This document shows, piece after piece, positions 40,514 to 49,680 of a DNA stretch of 64,000 nt; position 1 is the stretch's first letter, and every line of letters starts with the position of its first letter. The stretch spans positions 41,168,001 through 41,232,000 of the forward strand of contig OX597838.1 in NCBI GenBank assembly GCA_951406725.2, read 5' to 3'. The stretch is from Octopus vulgaris (taxonomy: Eukaryota). The notes under the pieces are model-generated. The model had not been told where the DNA came from and did not search any database. It saw only the letters and a list, made by a program, of their open reading frames with translations. Both the position numbers and the translations under genes were made by a program.

Positions 40514-43500
40514 TTTCTTCAGTTGCCACATTCTAGATCAGCGTAGTTGCTACTAAGTTTTTTCAATCTCAGCAGTGGTTATTAAAACAAAATTTTTTAT
40601 TTTTGTAACTTTGTTTCATTTCATTGGACTGTGGCTGTGCTGGGGCAGGCATGGTTTTGAAGGGTCTTTTTAAAACAAATAAACCCCACTACTCTTAAGT
40701 GTGGTACTTATTCTGTCTCTTTTGCCTGTTATGGGTATGTAAACAAATCAAGTTGAGCAATGGTGATGGGGACAAGTACAGACGTGTGTGTACACACTTA
40801 TATGACTGGCCTCCACATAGTTCCCATCTATCAAATTAATGGTTTAGTTAGCTCAGGGCTATAACAGACATTTGCCCAAGGTGCTGTAAAGTGGCACTAA
40901 ACATGAAGTCCGGTGCTCTGCAAAGCAAACTTCTTATTCACTCAACTAAACCTGTGCCTATAATTCTTTACTGCTTATTACCTGGAATTTATGGACTATG
41001 CTTTGGTACCTACATAGGACCAGGTGAAGTAAGTGCTTTGATGGTTGAATTTTCATCACATCCATCACAAAGTAGAAAGTGGTGCCAAGATATAGATTGT
41101 TGACTTCTGAGCTAGTTATCTTAATATAGTTTTCCTTTCCAGCCGTTTGTAGTGTGTGGTGGGCGAGTTTTAGCTTGAGTACTTTATTGAAACTGAGACG
41201 GAGCTCTAGTTCTAGCGTAAGAACTTTATTGAAAATAAGGAGATGGATCTGTAAATGTTTGATACATGAATATTGTGACCCAAGTGTGTAATTGATGAGA
41301 ATAGGGTACCACTGTTTACACTGAAGCTAACTGTTGGTATTGTGTCTTGGTCTTTAATACATTGTCCTGCTCTCCTATTACATCTGAAAATATTAGACAT
41401 TTTTTTGTTTTGGGCCCCTTTTTATTTCTTTTTCACTTCCTTTTAGTTTGATGCTATGCCTGTGTCATTTGAGCAAGTGATATTTTAGTCTCGTCCAAGT
41501 ACCTTCAGCTTTGAGTAGCCGAGTCTTGTAAAATTAGGTATCATTTGCCTCCTCATTCTTTCAGCTGTAAAACAGTAAAACCCTTCAAGTCCTTGCTGTG
41601 CATTTAGTTGGCTGGCCCTGCTCACAGTTTAGATCACTCATCAGTAAAGCATTTGTGATACTCTTAGTTTGGAAAGGAACTCTCTCTCCCATCATTGTTG
41701 GTTGTCTTAAGGTATTAGTTAAGGAAATAATTTCATTAAATAAAAGATCACAACACAGCCTATCATTTGACTAACTCTGCAGTGGTCCCTGGTGTTTTGA
41801 GATATTTCTAAAAAAATATTGTTAGTCCCAGGTCAGTCTTGATTGATTTGTCATCTAAGAATTCTAGTATGGGTCAAGCTTTTTTACCTCTGGTATGTAG
41901 GGCAAAAGTATGTATCCTTCCTTTTTTTTAAGATTTTAGGTTGTAATTTGCGAGAGATTTGGTTGATATTTGTGGCAAATTGAGTAACCACATGGAGACC
42001 TCTACAGTTCATTCCTTCATGGGACAGGTTTTGTTCTTGCATTTTATTTATTTAAAAAAAAATTTACAGCTGATTGTTCTTTACACTTTTAAGCATTCAG
42101 GGATGATATAGGATGGTAGTATGTCTTGTCAGTTAACCAAAGTCAGTCAACCAGACAGGACACTGGGTGAAACCGAGTTAAGAGCATCTTGGTCAAGTAG
42201 ACTTTCATTCTAACTTTACAGCCATTATCTTTCTGGATGTTGATGTTAAGAAACAATTGAGATTTGATATTATTTTCACTCTGCCCCCTACCCATTGCCC
42301 TCTCCCAATTGTTTTTTTTTGTTTTTTTTTTGTCATGATTTCTATTTTGTTTGTTTTGGTCCACTTCTCCAGGGAGCACAAGCACCACTAGTTGTCTTCG
42401 GCCTACCGCTGGTGTACAATCACTGACCTCCATGAACTCTACCAAAGGAGAAAGGCCTCTCAACTATCCAAGCAGCAGTACTACTACCAACATGGAGTTA
42501 GCTAAAGTTCTAGATTTGCATCGTTTACAACAACAACAGCAGCAGCAGCAACAACAGCAACAACAACAACAACAACACCCATCTCAACAGCCAACTTCTC
42601 CGTTGATAAGCAATGCTGCTCATGGCATTTCTCAGTCTCTGAGTGTTAACAGCTCCCCGCCATTTGGCATTCCTGTCAGCAACCGGATGCCTCTACCACG
42701 TCCACTCCCCAACATCGGAGTGCATCCAGCGGCGAATGTCTTACAGATGCAGTTTATGTTGCACGGAAGAAGTAAGTAGCTACTGGGCTTCTGAAACGTG
42801 TCCAGTACCACTGTGACCCATCTTGTATTTCCTGCATTCTATAGTAGCATCATATTTTAGATTGTCCCATGGTAAAGTGACCTGTCTTATATTAGTCATG
42901 TTCTGTGGTGATGTTGCCATTGCATTTCGGCCGTGTTCTATATTATGTAGTCAACCTCTATTAGGCATGTTCTATATTTTGTAGCCATTGTATGTCATGC
43001 TCTATAGTGATGTAGTCATTGTATATTAGCCATGTTCTGTGGTGCTGTAGTCATCTTATTTGCTGTGTTCTATGGTGATGTAGCCATTGTGTATTAGCCA
43101 ATAGTTATGTAATTCTTGGTAGTTAGGACTTACCTATGCATGTGAATACTGGGTCTGGCAAACTTTGTGCAAGAAATCTTCATGGTTCAACAGAGAAGGT
43201 GGTTGCAGCCATGCATGGGGTGCAGAAAATAAGATAGGGGCTAGCAAGATATCTGTCATCCACCACGTGTGTCCCCATCCCCGATCATCTTGACCGGGGT
43301 TGAAGAGGTTATGAACAAGAGGGTGAGGTTGATAATGTGCAACTCTCCTTCACTTTAAACAAGTCATCAATCACTTTCACCCAAGATGGCTAGGTGGTCC
43401 TCGTTTGTTCTGACGGACAAACATTACCCATATTCTGTAGTGATGTAGCCATTTTATATCACCGATTTTCCATATAAGTGTGGCCCCTGCACAGTATTAG

Positions 43501-45855
43501 CCATTCTGCTTTTACCATTCCTCCTTATCCCTGGCAAGGTCAGCAGTTTTATTAAATCTAATATTAACATCTGGTTAAATCCTTGTTAACTTTGGGGAGA
43601 TATGTCTCCTGCAAAAGTTCACCAGCAAAATAATGTTCTGTTGCCTTATTTTTGACAATTTGCACTTGTTCGTTATTAATTTTCCTGGAAAATTTATTCC
43701 AACCAATGTATTAAGGGTATGGGTCTTATTGTAATTATATTGTCACTGGGCTGACTATGATAACCGAAAGCCATGCTGGATTTTTAGGAATAACCATTTA
43801 TTATCCCTAATTCTTAACCTAAACAACACGGCAAAAACAAAATCAACACCCGTTTATGTCGGTAGTTTTACATCTAATTCCCTAAATGTATATTTAGAGT
43901 AATAAAAATTATTCCCCCTTACATTGCCGTAAATTTGTAATCCTTTTACTGTCTGCATTCTTTTACAATACTCTGGTGACTGATCATTAATGTCAATGTC
44001 TGTTCATGAAATCTAATTTGCTTCATCCTACAGTGATGGCATTTGATTCGATGTTGCGATTGTTTCTTTTTAGAATGGCATTGTATGGTAGGTGTGGGAG
44101 ACGGTATTTGGCCAGTTTGAGCATAGGATGGGTAGAATATTTGGGCTGCATGTGGCCAGTTTAAATGGATTTTCTTTTTGTTTTTGTTTTTTTGTTTCTT
44201 GGAGAGGTGGCTGGGTGGTGGTGTCGCAGAACCAGTCCAGCTATGAAAGTGGTTGGTATCAAAAGCATTAGACTGGAGAACAAATAAGTTGCGACATCAG
44301 ATTAAGCTGGTATTCAGCGAGTTAATCTTTTAAACTGCATTTAGTTGGACTCGAAACCCAATTGTCATATGTAACCTGTTCATTCCCACACAATAGACCA
44401 TTCAAGACCTGTTACTTTATTTGTTGACGTCCTCATTATCACAATCATTAGTATTTAGCATCTAGTTTTTCTATGCTAGCATGAGTTGGACAGTCTTTTC
44501 ACCACTTGTTGAGGTCTGAAGTCATTTCCTTTGTCAGGTTCCTCATTTTAAGATCGTTTTCCACTATTTATGTTTGTTCTTTTCTTTTTTTTTCTTATTC
44601 ATTTTCATTTTTAGAAACTTGTTCTTTTACAGTTTCATATATCAGCTTGGGGCAAGTCACTCAATCATAAAGGTGTGGGGTTTTTCTTGCATCAACCTGT
44701 CAGGCAAATTAACCTGGAAGGTTGAAACTTCAGCGATCCATTTGGTCAGATAGTAGTCCAGTATTTCCATCTCAGTTCCATCCCTTGGTGTCTACCACTC
44801 CTAGAATTTGGGCACATGTACAAACTTTGCTGAACAAGGTATTCAGTGCTTCACCACTCAAAAGAAAGGAAAACCACAATGGTTTCCATGCAACAATCAG
44901 ATAGTGGAACTACGCAAAACATTGGGATAGGTGAAATTATTTTGCTTAAAGTAGGAAGTAAGGAAACTTGAATTTAATTGACCATTGCATTAATTCATGA
45001 GTTCCATGTGTGTGTCTCTATCTGTGTGTCTATATTGCTTGCTTTCTGTCTATTGCAGTGGCTGCCATGCATGCACAACGCTCGGCAGCTTTGGAGACAC
45101 GCTTTCCAGGCAGCATGCGAGCGGTCTATCCTGGAGTGGTAGCACCACTGGTCCAGAGAACGTCCTTGGCTACAACTTCTTCTATTGGTATGACACCAAA
45201 CCCTGCAGCTGCTGGGGTTGTGAATGTGGGCATGGGACAAGCTGTCTCCTCACAGATACCTTCTTCCCTTCACAAGCAAGGTGAGTAATTTGAATGATAG
45301 GGGTAGGGTTCAAGCAGTGGCATTGGAGATGAATGTCTAGGGACTCCAGATGGTGGTGTTGAGACTCTGATAGTGTTGGTGGTAGCCTAGAAATCAGGTG
45401 GTGGTGTTAATGATACCCTGGGACTTGGAAGGAAGGTGGTGGTGACCTGATATTTGAATGTCGGTGGTGTTGGTAATGGCTTAGAACTTGAATGTTGATG
45501 GTTGAGGTCTGGGATTTTGGATAGTGGTGTTGGTAGTGGGCCTGGAACTCAAATAGTGGTGGTGCATCTGAAATTCTTTTATCTGTTCCTTTATATCCCC
45601 CCCCCCCAAGTCTACCTTTATTTTTTAATTTTTGTTTTTCCTAATTTTATCTTTATCGTTTCAGTCTCTGGAAGCAGTTCTCAGAAATCCAGCTCTTCAT
45701 CATTAGGAAATATGACAAACACATCTGGAGCTGATGTACTGAAGTGGTTTGACAGTGACTCACTCCGGACCCAGCTTCCAAACATGCCTCTCCCGCCGCA
45801 GGGTCAGAAGGTTTTTACTGTGGATGAATTGGAGCGTAACCAGCAGGCTGTCTGA
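4862..45855 (+). CDS. EIF4ENIF1: eIF4E transporter (4E-T) ortholog, 3' part: 15 coding exons joined = 3471 nt, 1156 aa + stop; N-terminal exons lie upstream of the window
   Basis: Manually spliced exons are all GT-AG and phase-consistent. Motifs recalled from vertebrate 4E-T occur in the expected order: GSRFSRWF, GDMSAFNKLLSMMKA, PRIPSPI, FTPTSVIRKM, and C-terminal VLKWFDSD...LPNMP...KVFTVDELE. Confidence 0.93.
5458..5513 (+). ncRNA. Type I hammerhead ribozyme-like motif (intronic, sense to 4E-T)
   Basis: ggaca-cct-gtca CUGAGGA a acc-(acagcag)-ggt GAAA uca-(ca)-uga UC uggc-ugucc: full CUGANGA/GAAA/NUH core with stems I, II and III pairing by eye. Confidence 0.7.
6183..6515 (+). mobile_element. 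tRNA-derived SINE family H
   Basis: gtgaagg.gcatggctcagtggttag head; second copy at 55580-55913. Confidence 0.8.
7596..7968 (-). mobile_element. Retroposon family C
   Basis: Reverse complement of the 55964-56345 copy. Confidence 0.75.
9780..10535 (-). mobile_element. Decayed RTE-type LINE fragment
   Basis: Minus strand encodes SIQC..C.LW.H.RCSGI and LEVVNNFCYLGDLISSGGG-like motifs with frameshifts. Confidence 0.65.
10946..11632 (+). CDS. EIF4ENIF1: 4E-T exon with polyQ/polyT/polyN/polyH runs
   Basis: Acceptor aatcag at 10945, donor G|gtaagc at 11633, phase 1 to 1, open frame (ORF 11005..11682). Confidence 0.85.
11920..12092. mobile_element. piggyBac-like MITE family 1
   Basis: TTAA|ccctttcgttac...gtaacgaaaggg|TTAA; related copies at 25232-25451 and about 19700-19854. 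Confidence 0.8.
13407..13523 (+). CDS. EIF4ENIF1: 4E-T exon: SPTNVNVHDASAQLKALLFGK...NAY
   Basis: Polypyrimidine tract + ttttag acceptor, donor G|gtatgt, 117 nt, phase 1 to 1. Confidence 0.85.
13782..13961. repeat. Near-perfect 180-bp palindrome
   Basis: About 90-bp arms around a 1-nt centre at 13872; 3 substitutions and a 1-nt indel. Confidence 0.95.
14030..14442 (+). mobile_element. Penelope-like reverse transcriptase fragment (frameshifted)
   Basis: Translates across frames as NISPAELSAL*CLRCRKDIIIK, ANNGGAVVVWRADLY and EIHKPNNPGCPIISACNCPTELILKYLD, typical PLE RT N-terminal motifs. Confidence 0.8.
14883..15365 (-). mobile_element. CR1-clade LINE 3' fragment
   Basis: LPYPERL..GMDTLKLR..AADL..THKI...TRGH.YKV...FF.LRV.AWNKLPASVV...FK matches the CR1 ORF2 C-terminus; (ATT)n tail. 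Confidence 0.85.
15815..16212 (-). mobile_element. Non-autonomous Helitron
   Basis: 5' TC, 3' hairpin cccgagcaacgccggg + CTAG, inserted at A|T, no TSD; 4 copies in window. Confidence 0.85.
16262..16443 (+). CDS. EIF4ENIF1: 4E-T exon: MPGRVKTVAEIEADL...GDMSAFNKLLSMMKAA...KPH
   Basis: ttttgcag acceptor, gtaag donor, phase 1 to 0; conserved GDMxAFNKL motif. Confidence 0.93.
16592..17015 (+). mobile_element. SINE family A
   Basis: Near-identical to 313-707. Confidence 0.85.
17390..17780 (-). mobile_element. Decayed RTE-type LINE C-terminal fragment
   Basis: Minus strand GRCKKSHPRTRWLDDI resembles the RTE G.R.RGRP..RW.D.I motif. Confidence 0.5.
19339..19428 (+). CDS. EIF4ENIF1: 4E-T exon: IPDRRSPPNLPAQPPPTIPYLTSGQNEFLH
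   Basis: tctttcag acceptor, gtaggt donor, 90 nt, phase 0 to 0. Confidence 0.8.
20681..21134 (+). CDS. EIF4ENIF1: 4E-T Q-rich exon: ALNRNKEQQ...AQPRIPSPI
   Basis: tttacag acceptor, A|gtaagt donor, phase 0 to 1. Confidence 0.9.
21911..22060. repeat. 15-bp minisatellite (AATAGATTTCTCTTT) x10
   Basis: Direct reading. Confidence 0.95.
22236..22439. mobile_element. piggyBac-like MITE family 2
   Basis: TTAA flanks, ..ttagcattcaga...ctaaaggg termini. Confidence 0.65.
23197..23588 (-). mobile_element. Non-autonomous Helitron (same family)
   Basis: Same termini and internal sequence as 15815-16212. Confidence 0.85.
23692..23792 (+). CDS. EIF4ENIF1: 4E-T exon: MFSQQPPVHLSAPAPVHPGP...SNLT
   Basis: Branch-like ctaat + ttttattgcag acceptor, gtaat donor, phase 1 to 0. 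Confidence 0.85.
24214..24332 (+). CDS. EIF4ENIF1: 4E-T exon: SATNIRPHSVLPRVNSPKDMMSFKKDMEEHERFLRKQQE
   Basis: ttcttcag acceptor, AG|gtcttt donor (weak), phase 0 to 2. Confidence 0.82.
24367..24538. mobile_element. piggyBac-like MITE family 2
   Basis: TTAA|ccctt...aaaggg|TTAA. Confidence 0.7.
24706..24914. mobile_element. piggyBac-like MITE family 2
   Basis: TTAA|ccctttagt...actaaaggg|TTAA. Confidence 0.75.
25232..25451. mobile_element. piggyBac-like MITE family 1
   Basis: TTAA TSD, CCCTT...AAGGG termini, internal identity to the 11920 copy. Confidence 0.8.
25680..25740 (+). CDS. EIF4ENIF1: 4E-T exon: SKSPVSISRGIPTPVNMGPK
   Basis: ttttacag acceptor, gtaagt donor, phase 2 to 0 matches both neighbours. 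Confidence 0.85.
26688..26987 (+). mobile_element. Retroposon family C
   Basis: Repeat units + conserved 3' end. Confidence 0.75.
29262..29805. mobile_element. hAT-like MITE with nested SINE (about 29345-29712)
   Basis: TIRs tagtggctaccaacc / ggttggaaaccactg; TSD ggctaacc/gactaacc. Confidence 0.7.
30204..30583 (-). mobile_element. SINE family G
   Basis: Flanked by direct repeat actggacaggt (TSD). Confidence 0.85.
30748..30856 (+). CDS. EIF4ENIF1: 4E-T exon: TSVSVAFTPTSVIRKMHSEK...SLN
   Basis: tttttag acceptor, A|gtacgt donor, phase 0 to 1; conserved FTPTSVIRKM motif. Confidence 0.92.
30918..31303 (+). mobile_element. Non-autonomous Helitron (same family)
   Basis: A|TCTTTATATATAAAAG...cccgagcaacgccgggcgatactgCTAG|T. 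Confidence 0.87.
31354..31519. mobile_element. piggyBac-like MITE family 2 (opposite orientation)
   Basis: TTAA|ccctttagca...actaaaggg|TTAA. Confidence 0.7.
32328..32752 (+). CDS. EIF4ENIF1: 4E-T exon: YSAQKTLMKNQ...LFNHEQQ
   Basis: Long polypyrimidine tract + ttttag, CAG|gtagg donor, phase 1 to 0. Confidence 0.87.
34972..35285 (+). mobile_element. Retroposon family C
   Basis: Repeat units + (GAT)n tail. Confidence 0.75.
35927..36116 (+). CDS. EIF4ENIF1: 4E-T exon: NPSPSQTL...AGRPIVK
   Basis: tgtttcag acceptor, G|gtaac donor, phase 0 to 1. Confidence 0.87.
37850..38103 (-). mobile_element. Retroposon family C
   Basis: Reverse complement copy. Confidence 0.75.
38139..38555 (-). mobile_element. 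SINE family A
   Basis: Reverse complement of 313-707. Confidence 0.85.
39964..40005 (-). ncRNA. Decayed minimal hammerhead motif (left arm of inverted pair)
   Basis: Minus strand: CUGAUGA a gccug-gagaguacau-cagcc GAAA cauugug. Confidence 0.5.
40028..40072 (+). ncRNA. Decayed minimal hammerhead motif (right arm of inverted pair)
   Basis: cau UUGAUGA agaa ggcug-gagaguacau-cagcc GAAA uguu gug; C3>U change and a small insertion. Confidence 0.45.
42373..42771 (+). CDS. EIF4ENIF1: 4E-T polyQ exon: STSTTSCLRP...QFMLHGR
   Basis: ttctccag acceptor, A|gtaagt donor, phase 1 to 1. Confidence 0.87.
42889..43100. repeat. Degenerate minisatellite, about 35 bp x6
   Basis: Consensus tattagccatgttctatggtgatgtagccattgta; one more unit at about 43423-43455. 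Confidence 0.75.
45059..45280 (+). CDS. EIF4ENIF1: 4E-T exon: AAMHAQRSAALETRF...SLHKQ
   Basis: tattgcag acceptor, G|gtgagt donor, phase 1 to 1. Confidence 0.87.
45665..45855 (+). CDS. EIF4ENIF1: 4E-T last coding exon: ...GADVLKWFDSDSLRTQLPNMPLPPQGQKVFTVDELERNQQAV*
   Basis: gtttcag acceptor, TGA at 45853-45855; resembles the recalled 4E-T C-terminal LxKWF...V.SVDELE motif. Confidence 0.93.
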
Positions 45856-47510
45856 GAACCTTTCTATCTTTTCTTCTTTCCCCCCTCTCCCAACAACACT
45901 TGTTATATATATGCGTGTGTGTATGTAATCATACATGTATATATGCGTGTGTGTATGTAATCATACATGTATATATGCGTGTGTGTATGTAATCATACAT
46001 GTATATATGCGTGTGTGTATGTAATCATACACGTATATATGCGTGTGTGTATGTAATCATACATGTATATATGCGTGTGTGTATGTAATCATACACGTAT
46101 ATATATATATATATATATATATGCATGTGTATGTGATCATACACGTATATATATATATATGCATGTGTGTATGTAATCATACACGTATATATATATGCAT
46201 GTGTATGTAATTATACATGTATATATGCATGTGTGTAATTGTACATGTATATGTGCATGTATCCATACATGTATATATGCATGTATGCAGCAACTGTCAG
46301 CTTGCATATCTACATATACAGATTACCTACAGTTGTGTATGTGTGTGTATATATATATATATATATACATGTGTGCATGTATATCGACGTGTTTACATGC
46401 ATGTGTATATGCATGTCTACATATGCACATTGCATATAAGTGTACATTTTCTTACTAATTTCTTGTTCTTGGTTTCTTCTCCCATCTCTTCTTTCTCCTC
46501 CTCTTCCTTTCCCCCTTACTTTCACTTTTGTATCTCAATTCTTGATCTGATAGGTCTCTCTTGGCTCAGGGTGTTTGCCAGAGAAAGTTTGTAAAAATAA
46601 AAAAAAAAAAAACACTTAACCTTGTTCATTAAAAAAGAAAAACACAAAAAAAGAACAAACCAAAATTTCCAACCAAAAGGATTCTTTGGTGGAGTTAATG
46701 CTGTGGTCCCCTGGTCCCCTACCACCCACCCTTTTATTTTTTTCCAAAATTTTTTCTTTTCTTTCCAAGAGACAAAAAAAAAAATGGAAAGTAAAAAAAA
46801 AAAAAAAATCTGAACAAAATACATGTATAAAAAATTTTTTTGGGGTGGGTGATGAGTTAAGAAGGGTGGGGGGTTTGGGACAAGGAAAGAAGAAAAAATA
46901 GATCCCGCCCTCCTTTTCTTCTTCCACACACAAATACTAAAAACAAAAAGCAACAGAAGGACTATTGTTCAATGTTTATCGTTCTTTTTTTTCCCTTTTT
47001 TTTTTTTAAAAAATAAACTTTTTTTGAAAATATTTTTTTCTTTTTTGTATCCTTCCGGTGTTTGCTTGAATTTTTTCGGAAAACAAAAAAAAAATTAAAT
47101 ATTCCCTAAAAAAAAACAAGAAAAAAATAGCTCCCATCCCTTCTGTTTGCTGTTAAAATTTCTTGCTATACTTGTTCATATGTTACATGCATGTTGAAGT
47201 CTCGTTTACCGGAGACGAAGCTGATGATGATAATAAAGATAAAACCAAAAAAAAAATTAGGAAAAATATTTTTTGAATATAAATGTTTTACTCTTCTGCT
47301 CCTTAATACCATATATAAACCATTTGATAAACAATATTTAGATGCGAGTTACTATGTTTGTTTGGATAGTACAGTCACCATATGGCTTGTCTAATGTGCC
47401 CTGTACTATTCTGCAATAGTACACATGTTATACAAGCCTGTCTGGTTACTGTACTATACAAACCCTTAAACATAGTAGCTCACACTTAAATTCTGTGTTT
47501 ATTAAATTTT
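45856..47510 (+). other. Probable 4E-T 3'UTR (end uncertain)
   Basis: Follows the stop codon, lacks recognisable SINEs, A/U-rich with several AATAAA/ATTAAA candidates (about 46596, 47012, 47232, 47501). Confidence 0.5.
45906..46230. repeat. 32-bp minisatellite in the 4E-T 3'UTR
   Basis: Unit tatatatgcgtgtgtgtatgtaatcataca(t/c)g, 6 regular copies then degenerate ones. Confidence 0.9.
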
Positions 47511-47769
47511 TATCTCTTACTGGATCGATTAGGTTCTTTTTATTGCTCCTACCATTAATGGAACTGTACAAATATGCAATCATTTGGGCATCCTGATGTA
47601 TGGCACTTGCACAGGGAATGTTGTTTTGATGGAAGCAGTGAGCTAATGGTACAGCACAAACATTTGATCATTATAAGCAATTCATTTGTGTAGGTTGTTC
47701 AGCAAAAGCTGAATGCTCATGTCATCTTTGACAGAAGAGTCCATAAGACCCAGGCTGCTTCCTGCACCA

Positions 47770-48390
47770 GTTCCGCATAGCCCCTGCCCATTCAAAGTAC
47801 CCTGGATTCCAGAACGTCCCGCTGTGCTTGAGGAGACCTGTTGAGTCAAGAACATGAACATCGAAATAAATATTAATGGAAATAGTAGTTGTGATACCTG
47901 TGCCGGTGGCACATAAAGAGCACCATCCGAACGTTGCCAGTGCCGCCTCGACTGGCTTCTGTGCCGGTAGCACATAAAAAGCACCATCCGAATGTGGCCG
48001 ATGCCAGCGTCGCCCCAACTGGCTTCTGTGCCGGTGGCACATAAAAAGCACCATCCGAACGTGGCCGATGCCAGTGCTGCCTCAGCTGGCTTCAGTGCCG
48101 GTGGCACATAAAAAGCACCATCCGAACGTGGCCGTTGCCAGTGCCGTCTTGGTTGGCTTCCGTACCAGTGGTACGTTAAAAGCTCCAACTGATCGTGGCC
48201 GATGCCGGACCCCCCTCCCCCTGACACCTGTGCAGATGGCATGTAAAAATTACCCACTACACTCGCGGAGTGGTTGGCGTTAGGAAGGGCATCCAGCTGT
48301 AGAAACTCTGCCAGATCAGACTGGAGCCTGGTGCAGCCCATGGCTTCCCAGACCCTGGTTGAACTGTCCAACCTGTGCTTGCGCGGAAAA
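47770..48390 (+). mobile_element. Retroposon family C with 5 full tandem units of about 67 bp plus a partial sixth
   Basis: Units start at about 47898, 47959, 48026, 48093, 48160 and 48227. Confidence 0.8.
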
Positions 48391-48437
48391 CTCTGTCCAA
48401 ATTGGTGTGCTAAACAGAAATTGTCTTTTCTGTAGAG

Positions 48438-48616
48438 CAGTAGTTTTCAACCAGGGTTCCGCCAGAAGTTACAAAACTGCTAAAATCGGCAGTAATTTTT
48501 AAGTCTCCTGTGCAGATAGGTGTGCATAAGACTATTAAATTATTGCACAGGGGTTTCTCGAGCCAGTGGAATGTTTCCTTGGGGTTCTGCTCCAGCAAAA
48601 AGTTTGAAAAGCACTG
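48438..48616. mobile_element. hAT-like MITE
   Basis: TIRs cagtagttttcaacc / gtttgaaaagcactg; 8-bp TSD ctgtagag/ctatagag. Confidence 0.75.
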
Positions 48617-48629
48617 CTATAGAGCTTTA

Positions 48630-49248
48630 AAATGTTTAAATGAAACAAATGGTATGTGCTGCTCAGGCGGTCAGGTAACATTGCCAGCACTACCAGCTCC
48701 TTCTCTACATCTTACGGATCTTCTAAAAGGCACTTCTTCTAAGTTAAAGGATTTTCTGACCAATAGCAGACAATACAACTCTGCAAATGTCATCGTTTGG
48801 TGCATCTAAGAAAACCTGAATTTACACCGACGTCAAAGTTCAAGGGCAAATCCATCACCTTATTGGTCCCCTGTTACCCACAAATGAACAAACCCAGTTT
48901 CTCCAAATTTACTTTGAGCTTTATGAGTGATGTAGGCCAACAAACCCAAAGGAGGTGTCAACATTTCAGATGATGGGTCGGGTTAATGCTGACTGCTACA
49001 AGAGAGAGAGTATCCACTGACAGCTTTTTGGTGCATTAAAAAATCACATAACCCCTGCAGGTTAGGGCCTGAAGTGGTCCAAACAGATGTATAACCTGTG
49101 GCTTAGTTGAATTAGCCCATCATTTACTCCACAAATGTTTTGTTGTCAATGCTACACTTTCCCATCTCACCTGTTTCAACATAACTGTAATATATTATAT
49201 ACAAACTATGCCATTTTAATCCCAAGCAATGCTGGGTATTTCTGCTAG
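48630..49248 (+). mobile_element. Internally deleted Helitron with RepHel N-terminal coding remnant
   Basis: NETNGMCCSGGQVTLPAL...FLTNSRQYNSA/QMSSFGA...KVQGQIHHLIGPLLP...FLQIYF across frames; ends cccaagcaatgctggg-tatttctgCTAG|T. Confidence 0.8.
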
Positions 49249-49286
49249 TATATATATGTGTGTGTGTGTATATATATATATATAAA

Positions 49287-49641
49287 ATCGAAATCGATCA
49301 ACATCAATGGAATTTGTAGCTGTGATACCTGTGCCAGTGGCAAGTAAGAGAACCATCCGAACGTGACCGTAGCCAGCGCCGCCCAGACTGGCCTCCGTGC
49401 CGGTGGCACATAAAGGGCATCATCCAATCGTGGCTGTTTGCCAGCCTCATCTGGCACCTGTGCTGGTGGCACATAAAAAGCACCCACTACACTCACGGAA
49501 TGGTTGGCGTTAGGAAGGGCATCCTGCCGTAGAAACACTGCCAGATCAGACTGGGCCTGGTGCAGCCTTCTGGCTTCCCAGAACCCAGTTGAACCGTCCA
49601 ACCCATGCTAGCATGGAAAGTGGACGTTAAATGATGATGAT
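49287..49641 (+). mobile_element. Retroposon family C
   Basis: Repeat units + conserved 3' end. Confidence 0.75.

Positions 49642-49680
<39 letters not shown>

Noticed and set aside
47898-48260. CRISPR-like repeat/spacer appearance
   Set aside because: The variable parts are only about 10-nt hairpin loops, the arrays are part of a dispersed eukaryotic retroposon, and no cas genes are present
47682-48371. 229-aa minus-strand ORF and similar repeated ORFs (DALPNANHS, QIHSQGF, FIERKHLKL)
   Set aside because: Recurring translations of SINE or retroposon copies, not genes
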